A stretch of 63,680 nt of DNA, counting the filler, from Collodictyon triciliatum (lineage: Eukaryota): NCBI GenBank assembly GCA_043381765.1. It is 5 parts of 5 records of this genome, joined end to end, with 100 filler letters (N's around TTAATTAATTAA, not from the genome) between each part and the next. Parts side by side here need not be neighbours in the genome. Positions count along the whole stretch, not along the records: positions 1 to 19,627 come from JBHJMP010000281.1; positions 19,728 to 25,250 come from JBHJMP010000282.1; 3 more parts are not named here. The stretch is one strand, 5' to 3'. The position numbers and the translations under genes were made by a program. Under the pieces are notes generated by a model. That model ran no database searches. It worked only from the letters and a program-made list of their open reading frames with translations, and had not been told where the DNA came from. This document shows positions 12,542 through 22,100 of this stretch, in pieces (position 1 is the first letter of the stretch; each line of letters opens with the position of its first letter).

Positions 12542-15500
12542 TCTGATTGGAGGAAAGTCCATATATGGTGGTTCTCCGTCAATCCTTTCCATAATTAAAA
12601 TTCCTTAGCTCCAAATATCAACCCAGTAAAACAAGTTCGGAATGACAAGGAAGTTTACAAGAATGACTTTTGAGTTGAAAAGTTGAAGGTGAATAAAATA
12701 CTTTGGGACCATATTCCTGCCCACGAATCAACTCTGGCGCCATCCAGTAGGGCATTCCGACAACACTTGTTCTGTTATATTTTTTTTTTCGAAAATCAGT
12801 CAAATCAAGCTTAGATCAGTTTATAATTCTATGAAAGAATGGATATAATTTCTGTAATATGCGAGTAACCTTTTTGTCTTCTCCTGTGTGAGTTGAGCAC
12901 AGTAGCCGAAATCAGCTATTTTATAATTTATTTATTTGAAAAGTCAAATGGTTGAATGAAAGGGATAGATGTTTTAGACCTTTTACGTGTACAATAGAGC
13001 TAAAATCGTGTGATTGATAAGATGGTGTACTGACTAACCAAGTTTTACATCCCCATTAGAGCCAAGAAGAATATTGTCACTTTTGATGTCTNNNNNNNNN
13101 NNNNNNNNNNNNNNNNNNNNNNNNNNNNNNNNNNNNNNNNNNNNNNNNNNNNNNNNNNNNNNNNNNNNNNNNNNNNNNNNNNNNNNNNNNNNNNNNNNNN
13201 NNNNNNNNNNNNNNNNNNNNNNNNNNNNNNNNNNNNNNNNNNNNNNNNNNNNNNNNNNNNNNNNNNNNNNNNNNNNNNNNNNNNNNNNNNNNNNNNNNNN
13301 NNNNNNNNNNNNNNNNNNNNNNNNNNNNNNNNNNNNNNNNNNNNNNNNNNNNNNNNNNNNNNNNNNNNNNNNNNNNNNNNNNNNNNNNNNNNNNNNNNNN
13401 NNNNNNNNNNNNNNNNNNNNNNNNNNNNNNNNNNNNNNNNNNNNNNNNNNNNNNNNNNNNNNNCGGTTACAATATCGGTTAATGCACCACCATCCATCAA
13501 TTCCAATGCAACCCAAATTTCATTCTCATACAAATAACTTCCAAGAAATTCTAATATGTTTGGATGGCGCACTCTCTTCATATTGTAAATCTCAGCCTTG
13601 ATGAGCTTTCCATTGGTGTCATTAGACATATCTATTTTTTTAAGCGCAATCTACGATATCATCATTAGATACGACATCAAATTAGTTACATTTACTTAAC
13701 TGAATCGAACACGTAAATATAAGAAACAGAGGCAAGTGAATAAATCATAGTTTATCAACACAGACATCTTGTTTCGTTTTTGAGTAGCGCGCTGCAAAAA
13801 CTGAGCCAGATGCCCTGCAGATGGGAAGACGAATGTGAAATAAATAACAAAAATTAAGGATGGAGTTTCAGACAAAAAAATGAGTAATAGCATATAAAGG
13901 ATATCATATAAACAATCAAGACCCTTCTCCGATTTTTTTTGAAATAGAAAACAGTTTGGTAGGGTCCTCCTTGGATACAAGAGATTCTAAAAATCAAAAG
14001 CACATTTAATACCAAAGAAGAAAGTTTTCACCTCCATCATTCCAACAAAATCCGATATAATTTCATGTAAGCAGACAGTATGTGTGTAGTTTTTTTTTTC
14101 TTCTTGGGTATGTATACCAATAGTTAAATCATCGACATTGGACACCGGAGGCATCTTTTGGTCCTCCATCGAAGGCGCTCCTGCGTTCGAACGATTCATG
14201 GTATCATGGAATTTCATCACATCGATGATTGCTTGTGGGTCCTTCCTTTGCTCATCCTTTGAGATTCCAGAGGATTTCAACAATACTACCCATTCGCCCG
14301 GGAGACCCTTGAGTTTTACGATAGTGAAGAATGACTGTAAGTTCGACAATAACCAATATTGAGCGTCGGAAAATCATATTATATTCTAATGTAATCAATT
14401 TGATTATATTTATCCACTACTGAAGCTAAACTTCAGTTTCGTATTCGGTATTAATTGAAAATGCCATGCAAACTTCCAAATAATAAATGAAAGTGTAAAG
14501 AAGCACTGTGGGTGGTGTGGATGAGCCACGAAACTTCTTTACCTGGAAAGTATTTGTTTCAAAGTCGAACGAGACATGATTTTCATGCATTACATTGAAA
14601 GGAACTCCGATATCCATCTCATCCTCTTCCTTCTTCCCAAAGATCAATTGAACTACGCAATAATTCTCAGTATTTTACAGCTCAGGTGTTTTCACAATTA
14701 TTTAATTATGAATGTGGCTTTGTCCTTATTTACATTTTTTTTCATTTAGTGGTATGGGAATGAAGAGGAATAGAAAGTACATATGCTGGATTTATGTTTT
14801 TGCTTCCTTGGATCTGCAGAGGCTGTATTCGGGTTTATAGGCTTGTTGATTGCAAGAGGTGTGGGAGTGTGAGACGAAGACGACGATGCCCCCTTCAACT
14901 AATATTGAGAGGTCAACACTTGTATGATTTAAATACGTGGATGCATTCCGTACTTGCAATATATCAAATGTCAAGTTACAAACTCTGAACAAAATTGAAA
15001 AAAATACCTGGTCCTTTTCAGAGGAGTGGGTGGATGGACCTAATGTACAAGCAGAGAATCAGAATTAACTTGAACACGGCATTAACTTAATAAATATGGA
15101 GGTTTAATTAACAAAAGAGGAAGAAATCGAAGTAGATGTTGGCACAAACTTTACGACAGTTGAGAATTGGCTCATAGAAATATTATTTTTTTTTTTACTT
15201 TTATATGGGAAATTATGATGATATACCAGCTTCGGATTCTTTCGCTTGTGTCTCTACCTTTTCAGTTTCCAATTCTATCATTCGAAGATAGTCGATTAAT
15301 ACAACAAACTTGATATATTTCGTTTCGGTGTGCCATGAAAAAGGGAGTGAAAAATAAATATGAAAAAAAAAGCATAAAGAGCTGAAAGGGCAAAGCGAAA
15401 AAAGGAAATGAAGAAAAATGGGGAATGGAGAATAAAAGACACAAGAAAATAATAAAGAAAATTTTATCCGCAGTTATCATCTTATACCTTGCTGCTTTTC

Positions 15501-15703
15501 TTCGGCCGGGAGGTGTTCTTCAGGCTCCACTATCGGTTCATGCTCGGTGGCATTTTCTTTGACTGCAGATTCCAGTGGAGGATTGGACGAAGGATTGGAC
15601 GAAGGATTTGAGGAAGGATTTGAGGAAGGAGTGGACGAAGGAGTGGACGAAGGACTTGAGGAGGGATTTGAGGAGGGATTTGTTTGGGCATTTGGCGAAG
15701 GCG
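12542..15703 (-). CDS. PAK: PAK/STE20 family Ser/Thr kinase (CRIB + kinase); partial, interrupted by gaps and with apparent lesions near the 3' end
   Basis: CRIB motif 'DIGVPFNVMHENHVSFD...|GLPGEW..LL..SGI'. Kinase motifs KIGEG|ASGSV, IALKK, HPNI, DIKSDNILL, ADFGYCAQLT, YWMAPE and VDIWS*G...GEPPY. The 5' end and the kinase C-terminal end were not located. Confidence 0.88.
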
Positions 15704-16570
15704 NNNNNNNNNNNNNNNNNNNNNNNNNNNNNNNNNNNNNNNNNNNNNNNNNNNNNNNNNNNNNNNNNNNNNNNNNNNNNNNNNNNNNNNNNNNNNNNNN
15801 NNNNNNNNNNNNNNNNNNNNNNNNNNNNNNNNNNNNNNNNNNNNNNNNNNNNNNNNNNNNNNNNNNNNNNNNNNNNNNNNNNNNNNNNNNNNNNNNNNNN
15901 NNNNNNNNNNNNNNNNNNNNNNNNNNNNNNNNNNNNNNNNNNNNNNNNNNNNNNNNNNNNNNNNNNNNNNNNNNNNNNNNNNNNNNNNNNNNNNNNNNNN
16001 NNNNNNNNNNNNNNNNNNNNNNNNNNNNNNNNNNNNNNNNNNNNNNNNNNNNNNNNNNNNNNNNNNNNNNNNNNNNNNNNNNNNNNNNNNNNNNNNNNNN
16101 NNNNNNNNNNNNNNNNNNNNNNNNNNNNNNNNNNNNNNNNNNNNNNNNNNNNNNNNNNNNNNNNNNNNNNNNNNNNNNNNNNNNNNNNNNNNNNNNNNNN
16201 NNNNNNNNNNNNNNNNNNNNNNNNNNNNNNNNNNNNNNNNNNNNNCGTTTATCTCTCGATGTTTTTCAAGCGGAAATATGTAGCAGAAGCGGCGATCAAA
16301 GTTCCAGAGCATGCCGATTAGATTCGATCAGAGTCCGTCTGGGGACTGATCATTTCCCTTCGAAACATGACAAGACGGAAAGCTGCCACTCTTTCACTCA
16401 CTCGTCACAATGCCAATATAATTTTTTATATTTTTAATGATGTTTATCATTTTTATAAATCATAGCACCCATATAGAAGATGAAAATATACTACAGTTTT
16501 TAAATTCCACAAATATCAAAACAACATGATTTTTTTTCAGAGAAATAAATAAACAAACGAGAAGAAAATG

Positions 16571-16650
<80 letters not shown>

Positions 16651-16938
16651 AAATGAAAAGAAAATGAAAAGAAAAAACAAAACAGACTAAAAGGCAGAAA
16701 CCTGGACAACACAATCATCAAACCCACAGACGACTAGAATTTCACTCTTCTTTATATTTGTCCCTTCCATTTCACCCACTTTCTGAACATAAACCCGATG
16801 CCTGTGCAGGGATGAGTTTGCAGCGCCCTTTTTGTTTTGTGTTTGAAAGGGAGTTGGTTGAGATGATATAGCCGATTGGGCAATAACTGGATTCGGATTC
16901 ACATGGGCATCCACGACAGAGCGGCCGGGCCGTTGCTT

Positions 16939-18558
16939 TTACTGCGAGCCTTTCTTTAACGCAGACGTGACTGCAAACAACTGTGCTGCGACTTCGGGGT
17001 CAAACACAAAAGGCTTCCCACACCATTCCTTCTCGCTCATCATCAAAAAGTCTTCTCCACAGCATCTCTCAGCCTGAATGAGCTGACAGACTTCTGGCGG
17101 GATGTGATAGCGCTTCAGGAGCAAATCCCCCAGTTCTACATAGGTGAGCATGGAGAAGTCTGACAAGCCCATCTTGGGCGCAGTCAAGCGGGCCACAGAC
17201 GCAGCCTCCAGCAAGGTTTCCTGCTGAAAGAAGTTGGTGATAGACATAAAGACGCTCTTTTCTTTGTCCAGGAGGGACACAATGTCCTCCAGCTTTGGCC
17301 TGTTTTTCGGGTCGCGGTCCCAGCCTGCAGTGATTCGCCGGGCAATGGCCACGGGAGATCTTGCAGGAACCTCCTTCTTTACAACCTCGGGCGCATCTCC
17401 AGCCATCATTTCCCAGACCAGCGTGACCAGAGAATACACATCGCTCTCTTCTCCAAGGTGATGGTCCGGATTGTCCTGCGCTTCAGGGGCAGTGTAGGCG
17501 CGTCGCAGAGCAGAAACCGGGCCTGTTTTCAGAGCGCGGCCTAAGGGCTCAATCCCGACATCAATCAGCTTGCATGTGTTTTTGACCATCAGGACACGCT
17601 GGGATGTGAGAATGCGATACGGGATGGGCGTGGCTCGGCGGTAGAGAAACTGCAAGGCCTGTGCAACTTGGTGGCCATACTCTAGAATCTCGAGGATCGG
17701 GAGCCCTCTGGTCTGGCCATCATTTCGCAACCTGTCCAGCAGGCGGATTCGTTCAAACAGCGTTCCGCCGTCAGCCGCCTCATAGACAAAGTCGAATCGG
17801 TTGTTGAACGACATGCCTTGAAGCTGTAGAATGTAAGAGTGTCTTAGTTGGTGGATGGTGTCCAAACGCGAGACGCATTCCTGGACAATGCGTTGTGCCT
17901 CTGGCGAAATCTCCTTCATCTCAATCACACGAATGGTCGCTATGTCATTCTTGTAGACACCTTGCCGAACAGAGCCGAACTCATCGGGCTCGGAGATGTT
18001 CGTGTCTTGGAATACAGAGTAGTCCGAGTAGGCGATGTTGCATTTTGTGGTACTGTACTGAATGGTGTTTGTCCTCTCGCGGGACATCAGCTTCACATAG
18101 GCCTCGTTGAAGTTTGGATCCTGCCCGTATTTTTCCGAGGCCCGCTTTGACGAGAAAAAAACGCCAAACGCATCCATGTCTTCGGCCATATCGGCCGCCT
18201 GCTCATCAGCCGTGTAGAGGCGCTGCTCAATGCGCATCTCTGTGGCAAAGTTGTTGAGCTGTGAACGAACCGCCTCGAATGCGTCCTCCTGGCGGATGAT
18301 GACTCCGGCCCAATGGCTGACGTGCCGAGCGTCTTCTCGCACATACAACTCTAGTGATTCGACTGCGCTTTCCAGGACTTCGATCAGGCGGCTCAGATAC
18401 TCCATTCGCGAGCGTTGCTGGCGCTGCGCCTTGAGGATTTCTTCAATCAGCCCGAGGCGTGATCCAAGGCGCTCCGCCTGCTTCTTTTGCTGCTTCACAC
18501 GCCCGGCCAGGTACTGTACTTTGTGCACCAGTTCGAGAGCTACGATCGAGTCGTCCAT
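16939..18558 (-). CDS. MLKL-like protein: N-terminal four-helix bundle (MLKL-NTD/MCAfunc/HeLo-like) + TKL-type pseudokinase + C-terminal SAM-like domain; intronless, 539 aa
   Basis: N-terminus 'VKQQKKQAERLGSRLGLIEEIL...LSRLIEVLESAVESLELY...AFEAVRSQL' aligns by eye to the MLKL 4HB. The kinase fold is recognisable (EFGSVRQGVY, LRHSYIL, GGTL, AYTAPE, SDVYSL..LVWEM, DPKNRP) but the catalytic motifs are replaced. Confidence 0.8.
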   Translation of the reverse strand: MDDSIVALELVHKVQYLAGRVKQQKKQAERLGSRLGLIEEILKAQRQQRSRMEYLSRLIEVLESAVESLELYVREDARHVSHWAGVIIRQEDAFEAVRSQLNNFATEMRIEQRLYTADEQAADMAEDMDAFGVFFSSKRASEKYGQDPNFNEAYVKLMSRERTNTIQYSTTKCNIAYSDYSVFQDTNISEPDEFGSVRQGVYKNDIATIRVIEMKEISPEAQRIVQECVSRLDTIHQLRHSYILQLQGMSFNNRFDFVYEAADGGTLFERIRLLDRLRNDGQTRGLPILEILEYGHQVAQALQFLYRRATPIPYRILTSQRVLMVKNTCKLIDVGIEPLGRALKTGPVSALRRAYTAPEAQDNPDHHLGEESDVYSLVTLVWEMMAGDAPEVVKKEVPARSPVAIARRITAGWDRDPKNRPKLEDIVSLLDKEKSVFMSITNFFQQETLLEAASVARLTAPKMGLSDFSMLTYVELGDLLLKRYHIPPEVCQLIQAERCCGEDFLMMSEKEWCGKPFVFDPEVAAQLFAVTSALKKGSQ

Positions 18559-19187
18559 TCTGTCTCTTTGGGGTGGGTGCTTCTGTTTGCTTTGAAGCGG
18601 GCGCGGCTTAGTTTCTTTGCTCTTTTTTTTCTTTCTCTCTTATGGTTTTGTTTCGGTGGTTATTTTTCTTGTTTTGTTTTTCTTGTTTTGTTTTGTTTTG
18701 TGAATATTGTTTCGCATGCCAGGCTCTGGTCTACGCCAAAGCAGTGATCGGAAGACCGGCCTAACTACGCTGACCAAAAACTCACGCAGGTGGCCTACTG
18801 TTATCACAGTCAACATTTTTTTCTTCCTACGTTTAACTTTTGCATTTGGTGGGTGAATGAAGTCTTTGTTCTATACTTAAAGTCTGGCAGTTTTTGTTTT
18901 CCCAGCGAGCGAAAAATGGGGTGTCTTCTCATAGGACTTTCGGTGAAATTGGTACCCACAGTTTCCTCCTTCGTGACATTACGGCTGCGTGCGGGACAGG
19001 ATATGCGGAGGAAAAGCATAGTTTATGGAAATATTCCAGATGAGGGTATTCATACGGACTATAATATACCGTATCACAGGCACGGTATACGGATTTGTGT
19101 TTTATGTCTGGCTTGACGGGAAGGGCTTTGCTGTCGCGCTTAGTCAATCAGAAAATAGCACAACCAAAACAGTACTTTAGGACACGA

Positions 19188-22100
19188 ATGGAGGACGCCC
19201 ACTCGGTATGCCCCCTTAGATTCTCTTTTGTTAATTACCTCATGGGATAAAAGAACTCTTTATCCAATAAATAGCTTGTTGAGTCAGCAGTCTAATAGAT
19301 ACGAAAATGAATAATTATTCTATGCTGTTATTATTACTTCAGAAATAAATGTGTGATCTCAGTGGGTTGTGTGTCCTTCTATGTATCGATGACTGTGTTT
19401 GTACGCAAATACCAGGCCCAAGAGAAAGTTCAAGACACACTGCAAGCCAGGGATAATTTCGAAAGATTGTCTGATGAGGTGAAGTTTTTTTTCATTATCT
19501 TGGGTTATGCAAAATATGGTGAACTACAACTAAAAAGAAAAAAGAAAAAAGAAAAAAGAAAAAAGAAAAAAGAAAAAAGAAAAAAGAAAAAAGAAAAAAG
19601 AAAAAAGAAAAAAGAAAAAAGAAAAAANNNNNNNNNNNNNNNNNNNNNNNNNNNNNNNNNNNNNNNNNNNNTTAATTAATTAANNNNNNNNNNNNNNNNN
19701 NNNNNNNNNNNNNNNNNNNNNNNNNNNATCTTTTCTTTTATCTTTTCTTTTATCTTTTTTCTTTTCTTTTTTCTTTTCTTTTTTCTTTTCTTTTTTCTTT
19801 TATCTTTTCTTTTTTATCTTTTCTTTTTTATCTTTTCTTTTTTATCTTTTCTTTTTTATCTTTTCTTTTTTATCTTTTCTTTTTTCTTTTCTTTTTTCTT
19901 TTCTTTTTTCTTTTCTCTCTTTTGACGTGTACATAAACGATTATTAACACCTCCTACTACGCAGGGTTTTTTTTAAGATGCAGGCAGGTGCATCGCGTGA
20001 AGGTGACGGGGTGTTGCTGCAGCGCATCAGGCCTTTACAGGAAGGAACAAAGGCTTTCAAGCTCAGCACAAAGCTTAGTCTTTTGGTTGGTTGGCCTTAT
20101 AAAAGTTTTTGTTTCTTAAAGAATATTATTTTATCTCTTTATCTCTTTATCTCAATATATCCTCTTGTTTTTATTATTATCATTTCTTTTATATATATTC
20201 TTAACAGATTCCACAAATTACTCATGATTATACATCGCCTCTCCTTCTCATTCCACACCTGACAGAAGCGATACTTCTTCGTCGCAGCAGAGGGCTCTGC
20301 AATCCACTGGAAGTCACGTAGGAAACGGCCTGAAGATTCCAAAGGTTCTTTTCTTTCAGATGAGACATCTGTCTCCTCACCTTCTGTTTGTAGAAGTACA
20401 GTGTAAATACCGCTTTCGTTCCCTCTTTGATGCTTTCTTTTCCCTTTTTTTTCTTGTGAAATAAAGTCAACATCCCGGATGTTGTCGATGTGGTAATTGG
20501 CCACAAAACCCCCGAGTTTTTATCACTCAAACGCCCGGACACTGCTGACTGCTCGCTCTCTATTATCACACGCACAAAGAATCTCAACTTAGTCTTCTCC
20601 TCCGAAGAAATTCGAAACAAATGGTATGATGGTATCAAAGCGCTGGTCAATCTTAACATGTTTTCGAAGCCTTTCCTGGAAGCCTCTGATCCGGATTTGA
20701 TGTACGACACTGATGCCATATTATTTATTTATTTATTTTGCATTTTACTTTATAGCAAGAGAATACGAGTTTGCATTAATACATTTAACTATGATGCGTA
20801 ACTAATCGTGGTATCATGAAACATCCATATACGTTATATCTTACTGTGTATTCAGAGAGAGAAAGAAAAACTATTGTTGATTTTCCCAAAAAAATAGGTT
20901 CGCCATCCAAGAGTGGCACAGGTCGAAGAAGTCGTCCAACGGGACGATTAACTTCAATGGGCTTTGTGTTGTTTTTAAGCGGATTAATCTTAATATTCCC
21001 ACAAAAGCTATTCAAAAACTATTCCAGGTAATCAAAGAATAAAAAAAAAAATCTTTGTTTGCGTTGTCTTGGTCCACCATTCTTTTTCGTGATTGATTAT
21101 TTCTTTATAAAATATGCATATCATTCATATATTACATGTCTCGGTGGTAGGAAGTTGATGTCAACAAGGACAATACGCTTCAATTTGATGAATTCCTTTA
21201 CATTTTTGATAAACTTCGATTCATCGATGAAATCACTTCCATTTTTGTCCATAACTGTGGTGGTTCTCATACCGTTCCCATATCATATGCTCAATTTCAT
21301 CACTTCCTTGTACACATTCAACAGGTTAGATTATTCTTGATTTTCTATATTTTATCTCATTTTTTCATTATTATTTAACCTTAAAAATTTTTAAAAGCGA
21401 TTAGTTTTTCTCTTTTTTTCTCTTTTTTATTTACATATACACTTTTAAGATTGCGATTACATATTATTTCTTAAAAGATTATTAATTATCAATACTTATT
21501 TATTTCATGCTGAAATAAAAAAAAACGACAAATATTCCAAGGAAACAATATCTCTGGAGCAAGTGACAAAGAAGTTGAACCAGCTATCATGTAACATTGA
21601 AACGGGTGTGACTCTTACAGCTTTTACGACTTATATGATGTCTGAATCCAACTATATTTTTGACCCGTCGCATAAGGTATAGCAAATACCATTGTATGAA
21701 GATTTTCATTCTCTAGAAACTTTAAATCATTTCCGACTATTTATTAATGTTTATCCCTTTCTACCATCTATCAGGTTGTTTACCAAGACATGACAAGACC
21801 GATTTCGCATTATTTTATCAACTCGTCGCACAATACCTACCTTACGGGAGATCAATTAAAGAGTGATTCATCACCCTTGATGTATCAGTTAGCCTTAGAG
21901 CAAGGATGTCGCTGTGTTGAACGTTCGTTTATTAATATCTAAAGACATCATTTCTTATCCTATTTCCTGCGTGACGTTATAATATGTATATAAGAATATT
22001 CTCAAATTAACAAGACTTTTTCGAAAAATTAAAGCTAATTATTACCCTGAAAACTACGAATGACTTGATTGCTAGATGTAAATAGCTTCTAAATAGCTAT

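Noticed and set aside
12605-12607. TAA reassignment (alternative genetic code) or RNA editing suggested by the in-frame stop in PAK
   Set aside because: PRA1, SLC12A9, DIS3L2, PLAC8 and the MLKL-like gene all end at TAA, and no other traced conserved exon has internal stops. Neighbouring lesions are of mixed types.
13897-13904. ATATCCTT on the minus strand as a second U12 donor
   Set aside because: It lies inside a GT-AG intron whose boundaries are fixed by the KIGEG|ASG motif.
19672-19683. Recurrent palindrome TTAATTAATTAA (4 copies) as a biological motif
   Set aside because: Always centred in 100-nt N blocks; it is a six-frame-stop assembly linker.
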